64,000 bases of DNA from Candidatus Actinomarina sp. Its GTDB lineage: Bacteria > Actinomycetota > Acidimicrobiia > Actinomarinales > Actinomarinaceae. Positions within the stretch are counted from its first letter, which is position 1; every line of letters begins with the position of its first letter. Location of the stretch: the NCBI GenBank assembly GCA_045563135.1, contig JBJKUL010000001.1, positions 485,351 to 549,350 of the forward strand. The letters run 5' to 3'. The notes below the pieces were generated by a model, which did no database searches, had not been told where the DNA came from, and saw nothing but the letters and a program-made list of their open reading frames with translations. Below, in pieces: positions 48,689 through 58,757 of the stretch. A program made the translations under genes and the position numbers.

Positions 48689-49346
48689 ATTATTGAGAAT
48701 AAATCGATTTCTTGCTTTAAATCTTAATATTTCTAGAAGAGACAGCGATACTCTTGTTGAGAAAAAAAATGTGAAAATTAACGGCAAAATAGCACAACAT
48801 GGTGACTCAGTCGACGAAGATGACATTGTCATGTTTAAAAATGAAGTTGTACAGCCAACAAGCGAGCATGAATATTACCTTTTTTATAAACCATATGGGT
48901 ATGTATCTTCTCATAAAAGACAGGGAGATAGCAAAATCATATATGATCTTATAAGCAATAAATCTCTTAAATTTGGCGGGCGACTTGATAAAGATTCAGA
49001 AGGTCTTATGTTGTTAAGCACAGATGGTGTTTGGTTAAATAAGTACTCTCACCCAAAAAGTAATATCTCAAAGAAATATATTGTAACAACAGCAATGGAG
49101 ATTAATTTTGAAACCTTTAGAAAAACAATCAAAGATAATGATGAACAATTAAAAATCCATAAACTTACAGAGTTGAAAAAATTAACTTATGAAGTCGTTT
49201 TAAAGACTGGAAGAAACCGTGAAATAAGAAGAATTTTTGATGTGAATAATATTCAAATAAAAAACCTAAAAAGAGTTCAAGTCGATAAATTTAAAATTGG
49301 CAAAATGAAAATTGGTGAGTTAAAGAAAATTAATTACCATAGTTAA
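48657..49346 (+). CDS. rluB: RsuA/RluB-family pseudouridine synthase (with S4 domain)
   Basis: S4 region RINRFLALNLNISRRDSDTLVEKKNVKING; catalytic GRLDKDSEGLMLL. Confidence 0.8.
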   Translation: MNISQVQKKSKLLRINRFLALNLNISRRDSDTLVEKKNVKINGKIAQHGDSVDEDDIVMFKNEVVQPTSEHEYYLFYKPYGYVSSHKRQGDSKIIYDLISNKSLKFGGRLDKDSEGLMLLSTDGVWLNKYSHPKSNISKKYIVTTAMEINFETFRKTIKDNDEQLKIHKLTELKKLTYEVVLKTGRNREIRRIFDVNNIQIKNLKRVQVDKFKIGKMKIGELKKINYHS

Positions 49347-49963
49347 TGATGAATATACTCATAACAATTGACGGACCATCCGGGGTTGGCAAAACTACTC
49401 TAGGAACGTTACTTGCAAAGGAATTTAAATCAAATTTTTTTTCAAGTGGAAAACTTTATCGAACAATAGCTGCATATTTGGTACACCATCCCAAATCCTC
49501 CGTTAATGATCTCAGCCTTTTAATTGATCATAAACTTAATATTGATCTCAATGGAATTTCATATAAAGACTCTGAACTTTATTCAAAAGATATAAATGCT
49601 AAAAGTTCTGAAATTGCTAAAGAAAAAGTCGTTAGAAATAAAATTTCAGAATCACTTAAGTTATTAAATGATAAATTAACTAATGGATTAATTATTGAAG
49701 GTAGAGATATGGGATCTGTTGTTTTTCCTGAAGCTGATTTAAAAATTTATCTTGATGCCAGCTTAGAAGTGAGAGCAAAAAGAAGACTTCAGCAATCTAA
49801 TGAATCTGAGACATTAGAAGATTTACAAAAAAGAGACATAAATGATATGACCCGAATTGAGTCTCCATTAATTATTCCAGAAGGCTCGCTTTATATTGAT
49901 AACAGTAATATTGATATGTCAGAGGTATTAAATCTCGTCAAAGAGAACTTAAAGCTTCAGTAG
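49346..49963 (+). CDS. cmk: Cytidylate kinase
   Basis: P-loop ITIDGPSGVGKTTLG; LID arginines. Confidence 0.9.
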   Translation: MMNILITIDGPSGVGKTTLGTLLAKEFKSNFFSSGKLYRTIAAYLVHHPKSSVNDLSLLIDHKLNIDLNGISYKDSELYSKDINAKSSEIAKEKVVRNKISESLKLLNDKLTNGLIIEGRDMGSVVFPEADLKIYLDASLEVRAKRRLQQSNESETLEDLQKRDINDMTRIESPLIIPEGSLYIDNSNIDMSEVLNLVKENLKLQ

Positions 49964-50969
49964 CAGTCCAGTTCTTATCTTTATTTACACTTTTTTCTGG
50001 GTCAATATTATTTTCAGGAAACACTTCGAGTAAGAAGTTGCTTAAAGAAGTTATATCAGATCTTAATTGCTTTGGAAGAGGAAAGTACTCTGTTTCATTT
50101 GTATTTTCAAAATATTCTGTTTTTGTCGGATTTAACCTGTCGATAATTTCTTGAACAATATGATCTGGAGCAGAAGCACCAGCTGTAACTGCTACATTTT
50201 TACCGGTGAGATTTAGAGCTTCGATTTCTTCAGTCGAATTTATTCTGTAGCTTTCTTTACCTAAATTTTTGACTGTAGCAACAAGAGCTTTTGTATTACT
50301 TGATGTATCTGATCCAACAACAATTACTACATCTACAAGAGGTGAAACATTAATAACTGCTTCTTGTCTATTTGTTGTTGCATAGCATAAATCACTTTTT
50401 CTTGGCATATCAAGATTTGGATAGATATTTTTAGCTGATTCCATAATTGGTTCCCATTCTGACATAGCCAAAGTAGTTTGTGCTAATAAAGCAACTTCAC
50501 CACCAGTGATATTTATATTTTTTAAATCTTCTTTTTTCTCAACAAGATGCATAGAATTCGGAGCAACACCTAAAGCACCAGTTGCTTCATCATGGTTTTT
50601 ATGTCCTACATATATAATTTGTTTTCCACTCTCAGTAAATTTTTTAGCTTCGTGATGAACTTTTGTAACTAACGGGCATACAGCATTCACTTGAATTGCA
50701 GAAATATCATTAAAACTTTTTTCAATCTTAGGTGCTGTTCCGTGTGCTGAAAGCATTAATACAGATCCAGAAGGTAGATCTTCTGGAGATTCAATAAACT
50801 TTACATTTTTATTTTTAAACTTTTGAACAATCCAATCATTATGAACAATTTCATGATAACAGTAGATAGTTTCATCATATATTTTTAACATCCACGTTAG
50901 AGCCTTAATGGCCATCTCAACACCAGCACAAAAACCTCTTGGAGTAACTATATAAAGATTGTTTACCAT
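49938..50969 (-). CDS. ispH: 4-hydroxy-3-methylbut-2-enyl diphosphate reductase
   Basis: RGFCAGVEMAI, conserved Cys and HN motifs of IspH/LytB; convergently overlaps cmk by 26 nt. Confidence 0.9.
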   Translation of the reverse strand: MVNNLYIVTPRGFCAGVEMAIKALTWMLKIYDETIYCYHEIVHNDWIVQKFKNKNVKFIESPEDLPSGSVLMLSAHGTAPKIEKSFNDISAIQVNAVCPLVTKVHHEAKKFTESGKQIIYVGHKNHDEATGALGVAPNSMHLVEKKEDLKNINITGGEVALLAQTTLAMSEWEPIMESAKNIYPNLDMPRKSDLCYATTNRQEAVINVSPLVDVVIVVGSDTSSNTKALVATVKNLGKESYRINSTEEIEALNLTGKNVAVTAGASAPDHIVQEIIDRLNPTKTEYFENTNETEYFPLPKQLRSDITSLSNFLLEVFPENNIDPEKSVNKDKNWTATEALSSL

Positions 50970-50995
50970 AGAAATAGGATAGCTATATTTAAATT

Positions 50996-52300
50996 ATGAC
51001 TAAAAACAATATTGACGAAGTTTTACTAATTGGATTACCCAATTCAGGAAAATCCTCACTAGTCAATGCTCTTTGTGGTCGGAAAGTATCTATCATTGGT
51101 TCCACTCCAAATACAACACGAGATAAAGTAACTGGGACAATAAAAGCTAATGATAAAATTTTTAATATTTCTGATTTACCTGGATATTTGGAAGATCCTG
51201 ATGAATTAAATATTAAATTTCAAAATAAGTTAAACAAGTATCTTAAGGATGCAAAGATTATTTTATTTGTGATAGACGTTAACACAACGAACTTCTCTGC
51301 TTTGGACAAGATACATAATCTTCTTCAAACTAACCTTGAGCAAACTCAGAAGGTAATAACAGTATTTAACAAATGTGAAAACTTTCAGAAATTCGAACTT
51401 AATAGCAATCTTTATAAATACATATATCAATCTGAACACTACGTATCTTCAATTCACAAGTTGGGTACAGACGATTTGTTAAACACCCTCACGAAGAAGG
51501 TATCAACACATAAAGATTCACATAAAAAGACATATAAATCAATTGCGATAATCGGAAAACCTAACTCTGGCAAATCTACGTTATTTAATAAGATATTAAA
51601 TGAAGAGAGGGCAATAGTCTCAAACATTTCAGGGACAACAAGAGACAAGTTAGAGGAAACAATAAAGTTTGATTCTGATTCTTATAATATTATTGACACA
51701 GCAGGAGTCCCTCGAAAGAAACAAAAAAATCAAATAGATCGGTATGCATCTTCTCTTGCAGTAAACCAGTTAGAAAATGCAGTTATGGCTTTCTTAGTAG
51801 TTGATTCGAATCAGGGGATAAATTTTGAAGACATGAGGCTTATTAGTGAGTGTATTGAAAATAAAGTTACACCAATTTTGATAATGAATAAATGGGATTT
51901 ATTAAAAGAAGATGAAAAATTATTTATCAATAAGAACATTTCCTCTCTTCTAAAAAAATATTCATGGATGAAAGTTTTAAGAGTATCTGCCTTAAATGGA
52001 AAAGGTGTCAAAAACTTAAATACAGTCATATACGATCTCCAACAACAACTATCAACAAGGGTGACTACGCATGAACTTAATATTCTATTTCGGGAAATTT
52101 GGACAAAAAAGCCTCCACACCCATTTCGAGGAAGAAGAGCAAAGCTAAAATATGTTACTCAATATGATGTCTACCCACCTTCATTTAGCTTTATTTTAAA
52201 TGGGAGAGTGCCAATTAATTATCAAAGTTTTATTGATAATAGATTGCGTGAAACCTATAATTTTGACAATATTTGTCTAAATATAAAGTTCAAAAACTAA
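50996..52300 (+). CDS. der: Ribosome-associated GTPase Der (EngA), two GTPase domains plus KH-like domain
   Basis: G1 motifs GLPNSGKSS and GKPNSGKST; DTAG motifs in both domains. Confidence 0.9.
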   Translation: MTKNNIDEVLLIGLPNSGKSSLVNALCGRKVSIIGSTPNTTRDKVTGTIKANDKIFNISDLPGYLEDPDELNIKFQNKLNKYLKDAKIILFVIDVNTTNFSALDKIHNLLQTNLEQTQKVITVFNKCENFQKFELNSNLYKYIYQSEHYVSSIHKLGTDDLLNTLTKKVSTHKDSHKKTYKSIAIIGKPNSGKSTLFNKILNEERAIVSNISGTTRDKLEETIKFDSDSYNIIDTAGVPRKKQKNQIDRYASSLAVNQLENAVMAFLVVDSNQGINFEDMRLISECIENKVTPILIMNKWDLLKEDEKLFINKNISSLLKKYSWMKVLRVSALNGKGVKNLNTVIYDLQQQLSTRVTTHELNILFREIWTKKPPHPFRGRRAKLKYVTQYDVYPPSFSFILNGRVPINYQSFIDNRLRETYNFDNICLNIKFKN

Positions 52301-52463
52301 TGGAAAATTTCGGTTTTAAACTTGGAGTTTTCCTATTTGGATTCTATTTAATACTCAGATTATTTCAGTATTTGATAAATCTTGTTATTTAAAAATACAA
52401 ATGGTATGAATAAAAAATATACTTTTTGATTGTAATAAATGTATAAATATCTACTATTAATAC

Positions 52464-52483
52464 ATCCACATTTATATGTGGAT
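52464..52483. promoter_or_regulatory. Perfect inverted repeat ATCCACAT-N4-ATGTGGAT (operator-like) immediately upstream of the peptide ABC transporter operon
   Basis: 8-bp perfect arms; right arm contains the first in-frame ATG; lies about 22 nt upstream of AAGGAG-N5-TTG. Confidence 0.35.
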
Positions 52484-52505
52484 TTTGTATACAAAAGGAG
52501 AAAAA

Positions 52506-54497
52506 TTGAGTAATTTCAAAGGATCCAGAAGTTGGCGCCTTATCTTACTTTTCTCAGTTTTTGCATTAGTTGTAGTCGCCTGTGGTGGCGACACAGCAGA
52601 AGAAGAAGTTGCTGTCGAAGAGACAGAAACAACTGAAGCTCCTGCTACAACTGCTGCACCAGCTGAAGAAGCAGCTCCATCAGGACCTGATGGCGTTTAT
52701 AAGATGGCGATCTTCTCAGATCCACAAACACAAAATTACTGGAATTATCTTGATACAGAAACAGATGTGTGGACACAATACGTGATGTCCGGACAAGCTG
52801 TATCATTATTCTCTATTTCATATCCAAACTATCAATTGGTAACTGGCATGGCTTCAGAGCTTGTTGAGACATCAGTTGATAATGGTGACGGAACATGGAC
52901 TTATACTGTTCCAATGCACGAAGGATTTGAATGGAGTGATGGTTCAGCTATCACAGCTAACGACATGGTATTTACATATAATACCGCTAAAGACCTTGGT
53001 CTTTTAAGTAACTGGGAAACCAACTACCCACAAGGTAGTGGTACAGATCCAGCTGCTGAAGGATATGCACAAGGTATTTTGAGTCTCGTTGCTGTTGATG
53101 ACTACACTGTACAGATAACCGTAAACTTTGATGCTGGGTTAGCTTCATGGCAGTACCAAATTGCACAAGCACCAATACTTCCAGAAAGTTATTGGGCGCA
53201 ATATGCTACTGACAGAGAGACCCTTTTAGCAGCCTCAGGAGCTGACGCTCCAGTAGCTAGTGCATTCGTCTACGACAAAGTAGAACAAGGTGCTTTCTAC
53301 ACATGGGCATATGATGCTAATACAATGTGGGATGGTGGAACTACCACAATTTATAAGAGTGGTACCACCTATGTATTGGATAACGGAAAAGCTCCAAAAG
53401 TCGATATGGCATTTGGTGATACAACCGGTGATTCATTCTCATACACAGCAGGACCTTATGTAGGAACTGTTGAGTTCACATTATATGGTGATCAAGATGC
53501 TGCTTATCTTGCATTCCAAAATGGCGAAGTTGATTTCGTACTTAACCCATTAGGTGTTAAAAGAAATCTTTTTGACCAATTATCCAGAGTCCCAGGTGTC
53601 GAAACTGTTTCCAACTTAGGTAACGGTATGCGATACATGGCATTCAACACTAGGGTTTTCCCTGGTAGCGACAAAGCCTTTAGACAAGCTGTTGCATGTA
53701 TTTCTGATAAAGAATTCGTGTTAAACAACATTCTTCAAGGTGTTGCTGTAAATATGGATGGTCAAATGCCTGAAGCTCTAACAGCTTGGGTTGCACCTGT
53801 AACAGGTGTCCTTGCTGATTGTGCTGGCCTTAATGCTGAAGAAAGATTCAACAAATCAGTTGAAATTCTTCAAGCAGGTGGTTGGACAGCTTCAGACTGG
53901 GGTTCCCATGCTGGTGGTGCTGAAAGAGCAGTGGCTCCAACAGGAATTAAAGGACCAGGAGGAGTAACACCTCCATCAGACATGTTGCTTTATGCACCAG
54001 GTGCTGGTTATGATCCATTGAGATCAACAATGTCCTTATTTATTGCTGATTGGATGCAACAACTTGGACTTGACGTTACAGCGAGACCAACTGGTTTCAA
54101 CGTTATCGTTGACAAGGTGTTCACACCAGAAACTTGTGAGGATTGGTATTTCTACATGCTTGGTTGGGGTCTAAGTGCATTCCCTAATCACCCTGGAGAT
54201 TTCTTCAATTCCAAGAATGACACATGTGAAGGTGGTTATAACACACCTGGTTTTAACAACGCAGAATTCGATGCATTAGATGCTGAGTTCCAAGCTGCTA
54301 AAACTATTAGTGATGCTATAGCCCTCTCACAACAAATGGAAGCTATTTTATTCGAAGAAATGCCATATTTGGTATTATTCAACGTACCTACATTAGAGGT
54401 ATATAGAGATACTGTAGAATTTCCATTCACAGATGTATTAGACGGACTTACTGGAACAGGTGGCGGTTACGCTTCACTTGTGAAAGTACAAAGCTAA
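52506..54497 (+). CDS. ABC transporter substrate-binding lipoprotein, family 5 (oligopeptide/dipeptide/nickel type)
   Basis: Lipoprotein signal with lipobox VVAC after TTG preceded by AAGGAG; Thr/Ala/Glu-rich linker; family-5 SBP fold length; markedly higher GC than surroundings; an upstream ATG at 52476 is an alternative start. Confidence 0.85.
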   Translation: MSNFKGSRSWRLILLFSVFALVVVACGGDTAEEEVAVEETETTEAPATTAAPAEEAAPSGPDGVYKMAIFSDPQTQNYWNYLDTETDVWTQYVMSGQAVSLFSISYPNYQLVTGMASELVETSVDNGDGTWTYTVPMHEGFEWSDGSAITANDMVFTYNTAKDLGLLSNWETNYPQGSGTDPAAEGYAQGILSLVAVDDYTVQITVNFDAGLASWQYQIAQAPILPESYWAQYATDRETLLAASGADAPVASAFVYDKVEQGAFYTWAYDANTMWDGGTTTIYKSGTTYVLDNGKAPKVDMAFGDTTGDSFSYTAGPYVGTVEFTLYGDQDAAYLAFQNGEVDFVLNPLGVKRNLFDQLSRVPGVETVSNLGNGMRYMAFNTRVFPGSDKAFRQAVACISDKEFVLNNILQGVAVNMDGQMPEALTAWVAPVTGVLADCAGLNAEERFNKSVEILQAGGWTASDWGSHAGGAERAVAPTGIKGPGGVTPPSDMLLYAPGAGYDPLRSTMSLFIADWMQQLGLDVTARPTGFNVIVDKVFTPETCEDWYFYMLGWGLSAFPNHPGDFFNSKNDTCEGGYNTPGFNNAEFDALDAEFQAAKTISDAIALSQQMEAILFEEMPYLVLFNVPTLEVYRDTVEFPFTDVLDGLTGTGGGYASLVKVQS

Positions 54498-54515
54498 TAA
54501 TATTTATTAAACATG

Positions 54516-54543
54516 GGTAGGCTACGGCCTACCTATGTTTTTT
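54516..54543 (+). terminator. Rho-independent-type hairpin between SBP and permease genes (intra-operon attenuator)
   Basis: GGTAGGC-TACG-GCCTACC stem-loop followed by TATGTTTTTT. Confidence 0.6.
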
Positions 54544-54567
54544 AATCATATAAAATAGGGTACGCAA

Positions 54568-55740
54568 ATGGTTGAATATATAATTAGAAGAACATTACAA
54601 ATGATTGTTGTTTTTTTCATTTTCCTTGTAAGTTCTTATTTATTATTTAATGCTATCCCTGGTAACGCATTCTCTAATTTACTTCTTAATCCAAATCTAC
54701 CACCCGATGCATATGCAAAAGTTTTAGAAACGTATGGACTTGACAAGCCTCTTTCGGAGAGAGTTCAGCTATACGTAGTAAACTTTTTTAAAGGTGATTT
54801 TGGTTATTCATATAAATACTTTCCTAAAACCCCAATAGAGTTAATTGCTGAAAGGCTACCTCGAACTTTAATGCTCTTTTCTGTTGTTAATATTGTTGCA
54901 TTTTACACTGGCTTTTTTATAGGAAAAATTCTAGCCTGGCGCAGAGGCTCAAAGTCAGAAACTTGGATTACTATTACCTCAGTTTTTTCATATACAGTTT
55001 TTTATCCATGGTTTGCATTAATGATGTTGTGGTTCTTTGGTTATAAAATGGGATGGTTCCCAATAGGTAAATTTTTATACCCCGAAAAATGGTATGACGC
55101 ACCTTTTGATAGTGATGTCATATTTGCTATGATGATAAAGTTTGTTCTAGTAGTATCACTCATACAGTTTGCAGCCTATACGGCCACTAGAGGTATTGAA
55201 GCTTTATCGTCAAGAAGAAATATTCGCTTTGCCAGTCTAATTGCTATATTTATTGGCAGTTATTTTTACTGGAATACCGGTGAAGCGCTATCGAGAAAAC
55301 CTTATGCTGCCGACATAGCCTATCATATGATTTTACCCGTATTGGTTGTAACGATTGTTGCTTTCGCTGGTACGGCACTGCTTACACGAACTACTATGAT
55401 GGAAGTTTTAAAAGAAGACTACATTCTTACAGCAAGAGCTAAAGGAATAAGTCAAAAGAGAATAAGAGACAGGCATGCAGCCAGAACAGCCTTATTACCA
55501 GTTGTAACATCTTTTATTTTTACAATTGTCACAATTATTGATGGATCTGTCCTCACAGAACAGATTTTTTCATGGCCGGGAATGGGGCAGCTCCTTCTTC
55601 AAGCAGTTTTAGAAGAGGATATACCTGTTGCCATGGCTGCATTTTCATTTGTTGGAGTGTTTGCACTCATTGCTCACCTAATAGCAGATATTTCATATTC
55701 ATATTTAGATCCAAGAATTAGAGTAAAGTCACAAGGATAA
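54568..55740 (+). CDS. Peptide ABC transporter permease (OppB/DppB-like)
   Basis: Six TM; EAA-type motif region ARAKGISQKRIRDRHAARTALLP. Confidence 0.85.
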   Translation: MVEYIIRRTLQMIVVFFIFLVSSYLLFNAIPGNAFSNLLLNPNLPPDAYAKVLETYGLDKPLSERVQLYVVNFFKGDFGYSYKYFPKTPIELIAERLPRTLMLFSVVNIVAFYTGFFIGKILAWRRGSKSETWITITSVFSYTVFYPWFALMMLWFFGYKMGWFPIGKFLYPEKWYDAPFDSDVIFAMMIKFVLVVSLIQFAAYTATRGIEALSSRRNIRFASLIAIFIGSYFYWNTGEALSRKPYAADIAYHMILPVLVVTIVAFAGTALLTRTTMMEVLKEDYILTARAKGISQKRIRDRHAARTALLPVVTSFIFTIVTIIDGSVLTEQIFSWPGMGQLLLQAVLEEDIPVAMAAFSFVGVFALIAHLIADISYSYLDPRIRVKSQG

Positions 55741-55743
55741 ATT

Positions 55744-56823
55744 ATGCAAATAAATGAAGCAAAGGAAAAAGATTTACAAAAACAACTGAGAAGAGAAGCT
55801 CTAAAAAGAAATTGGAAGCTTTTCAACCAAAGTAAATTAGGCATGATTGGTTTGGGGATTGTTTCAGTATTTTTAATTCTTGCTTTACTTCAACCTTTTT
55901 TATTTTTAACTGGTATCTGGAATGAAAGTATTTACCATCCAGTAGTTGGTTATGATCAGATCATTGAGGAAAAATTAGTTGTTGAATGTCCAAAAGAGTA
56001 TCCAACTCCAAAATATGAAACTTCATTTGATTGTCCTGGTGAGGGAGAAGTACAGAAGAAAATGTTATACCTTGCACAAGGTGTTGAAGTTGGCGACATG
56101 TATGACGTATATTTACAACCAGCACCACCTTCTCGTAAGCACATTCTTGGCACAGACTCTCTAGGAAGAGATGTGTTCTCTCAGATTATGGAAGGTAGTC
56201 AGGTTGCTTTTGTTCTAGGTCTTTTAAGTGCAACTTTAGGCGTTGGTATATCCACAATTCTTGGAACTATTGCTGCCTTTTTTGGGGGAAGAATTGATGC
56301 TTATTTAATGAGACAGTCCGATTTGGTGCTGATGCTTCCAACCCTACCTTTATTATTTATCATATCTGCATTTGCTGAATTAAAAATTTGGCATCTGGCT
56401 GTAGTACTAGGAGTATTAGGTGGTTTAGGTGGTAGTGTCATAACTATTAAGTCTCAGGCATTACAGGTAAAAGTTAAACCTTTTGTTGATTCAGCACGTA
56501 TAACAGGTGGATCACAAAGAAAAATAATGTTCTCACATGTACTACCTAATGTCGCACCATTGGCTTTATTATTCATGGTCTTTAGTGTGACCGGAGCAAT
56601 AGCTTCAGAATCTGTATTATCATTCCTAGGTCTTTTAAATATTGATATGAGTTGGGGTCTTATGATTTATCTTTCACAAACTGACGGATTTATATTTTCT
56701 GGGCTTGAATACTGGTGGTTAATTTTACCCGCGGGACTTTCTGTTACATTCTTGGCCGGAGGTTTTTATCTAGTCGGACGTGGATTGGATGATGTTTTTA
56801 ATCCAAGGTTAAGGAAGAGATAG
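55744..56823 (+). CDS. Peptide ABC transporter permease (OppC/DppC-like)
   Basis: N-terminal anchor TM plus permease domain (ARITGGSQRKIMFSHVLPN). Confidence 0.85.
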   Translation: MQINEAKEKDLQKQLRREALKRNWKLFNQSKLGMIGLGIVSVFLILALLQPFLFLTGIWNESIYHPVVGYDQIIEEKLVVECPKEYPTPKYETSFDCPGEGEVQKKMLYLAQGVEVGDMYDVYLQPAPPSRKHILGTDSLGRDVFSQIMEGSQVAFVLGLLSATLGVGISTILGTIAAFFGGRIDAYLMRQSDLVLMLPTLPLLFIISAFAELKIWHLAVVLGVLGGLGGSVITIKSQALQVKVKPFVDSARITGGSQRKIMFSHVLPNVAPLALLFMVFSVTGAIASESVLSFLGLLNIDMSWGLMIYLSQTDGFIFSGLEYWWLILPAGLSVTFLAGGFYLVGRGLDDVFNPRLRKR

Positions 56824-56824
56824 T

Positions 56825-57799
56825 ATGTCAAAAAATATCCTAGTTGTTGATAATCTGAATATGCATTACGAAACGCTTGAGGGAAATGTAATGGCTGTTA
56901 ATAATGTAACATTTTCTGTAAAAGAAGGAGAGTCTTTCGGTTTAGTCGGCGAATCAGGCTGTGGCAAGTCATCCGTAGCTTCAACATTATTACAACTTCA
57001 GTCAGACAACGCTGTCATTTCATCAGGAAGCATAAAGTTAGATAATCAGGAACTAGTTGGTATGTCTGAATCCGATTTACGAAAAGTTCGCTGGAATGAT
57101 ATTAGTATCGTATTTCAGGGAGCTATGAATGCCTGGAATCCTGTTATAAAGATTGGTGAACAGATAAGAGAAGCAATAAGAGAACACCACCCAGCAAATA
57201 CAAAAAAAGAAAATACAGAAAAAATATCTGAATTATTCAAAATAGTTGGATTAGATGATTCCATTATGGATAGATATCCACATGAACTATCAGGTGGTAT
57301 GAAACAGCGTGCTGTCATTGCACTTGCTTTATCTTGTGATCCAAAAATAGTTATTGCAGACGAACCTACAACTGCTTTAGATGTTGTAATACAAGATCAA
57401 ATTTTAAAAGAAATTAAAAAAGTTCAAGAACTATTAGGTTTGAGCTTAATCTACATCTCTCATGATATTGCAGTAATTGCTGAGATGACAGATAACATGG
57501 CTGTGATGTACGCAGGTTCAATTGTTGAAAAAGGACCAACTTCCTCTATTTTCTCAAATCCTAAACATGCTTATACGAAACTATTACTTGAGTCAACGCC
57601 GTCAGTTGTCGGAGAAAAAAAGAAATTACGTGCTTTAGATGGTGAGCCACCAAGCTTAATTAATGGGTTAGATGGATGTGCATTTTCTCCAAGGTGTCCT
57701 GACCCATCAGATGACTGTGCTAAAGGTAATCTTAATATGGAGCTTATACAGATAGAAGAAGGACATTGGGCAGATCAGTGTTGTGTAAATTGTGGGTGA
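56825..57799 (+). CDS. Peptide ABC transporter ATP-binding protein (OppD/DppD-like)
   Basis: Walker A GESGCGKSS, signature LSGGMKQR, Walker B IIADEPTTALD; C-terminal Cys-rich oligopeptide ATPase extension. Confidence 0.9.
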   Translation: MSKNILVVDNLNMHYETLEGNVMAVNNVTFSVKEGESFGLVGESGCGKSSVASTLLQLQSDNAVISSGSIKLDNQELVGMSESDLRKVRWNDISIVFQGAMNAWNPVIKIGEQIREAIREHHPANTKKENTEKISELFKIVGLDDSIMDRYPHELSGGMKQRAVIALALSCDPKIVIADEPTTALDVVIQDQILKEIKKVQELLGLSLIYISHDIAVIAEMTDNMAVMYAGSIVEKGPTSSIFSNPKHAYTKLLLESTPSVVGEKKKLRALDGEPPSLINGLDGCAFSPRCPDPSDDCAKGNLNMELIQIEEGHWADQCCVNCG

Positions 57800-58757
57800 C
57801 AAAATGGATAATGTAATTGAAGTATCTAACTTAATCAAAAATTTTGATGTATCTAAGGGATTCTTTTCAAGAAACAAAACAGTAGTAAAAGCTGTTGATG
57901 GTATTAGTTTTAGTATTCCTAAAGGTGAATCACTTGGTTTAGTGGGACAAAGTGGTTGCGGAAAAACAACAACTGCAAGAGCTTTATGTTTGTTAGATCC
58001 TAAAACTTCAGGAGACGTAAAATTTTATAATCCCGAAGCCGATGAAATGCAAAATTTAGATGATCTAAGTGAGGAACAAGTCAAACAATTCCGTAGAAAT
58101 ACTCAAATGATTTTTCAAGATCCTTATGAATCGTTAAATCCAAGATGGACCATAAAAGATATTATTTTAGAACCATTAAACATTCATAATATTGGTTCAT
58201 TAGAAAATAGAACTGAAGCAGTTATTGAAATACTAAAAACTGTAGGATTAACTCCACCACAAAACTACTTACCAAGATATCCTCACGAGCTTTCTGGTGG
58301 CCAAAGACAAAGGGTTTCAATTGCTAGATCATTAATCATGAATCCTAAGTTCGTAATATGTGACGAACCTACGTCTATGCTTGACGTCTCTATAAGGATT
58401 TCAATTATGGACTTGATGCTTGATCTTGCAAAAGATTTACAAGTATCTTATCTATACATAACACATGACTTAGCTGTAGCAAGATATATGTGTAACAGGA
58501 TTGCTGTTATGTTTAATGGAAAAATTGTTGAGATAGCTAAAACTGAAGATCTGTTGAGTAACCCAATTCATCCGTATACAAAAAGATTAATATCTTCAAT
58601 ACCAGTTCCAGATCCTAAATATACGAGGGAAAAATACAACATAGATTTCACAGAATTAGATAAAATTATAGCCGACAATACAGAAAATCTACCAATGGTT
58701 GATGTCGGAGATGAACATTACGTAGCAACACACGATGTTAAGGATTTACTTATTTGA
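57792..58757 (+). CDS. Peptide ABC transporter ATP-binding protein (OppF/DppF-like)
   Basis: Walker A GQSGCGKTT, signature LSGGQRQR, Walker B ICDEPTSMLD. Confidence 0.9.
   Translation: MGDKMDNVIEVSNLIKNFDVSKGFFSRNKTVVKAVDGISFSIPKGESLGLVGQSGCGKTTTARALCLLDPKTSGDVKFYNPEADEMQNLDDLSEEQVKQFRRNTQMIFQDPYESLNPRWTIKDIILEPLNIHNIGSLENRTEAVIEILKTVGLTPPQNYLPRYPHELSGGQRQRVSIARSLIMNPKFVICDEPTSMLDVSIRISIMDLMLDLAKDLQVSYLYITHDLAVARYMCNRIAVMFNGKIVEIAKTEDLLSNPIHPYTKRLISSIPVPDPKYTREKYNIDFTELDKIIADNTENLPMVDVGDEHYVATHDVKDLLI

Noticed and set aside
52476-52505. Longer SBP start at ATG 52476 (ORF-track start)
   Set aside because: It would add MWILYTKGEK before the signal peptide, with no RBS. The TTG at 52506 has AAGGAG at optimal spacing and gives a canonical lipoprotein signal. 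Kept as an alternative only.
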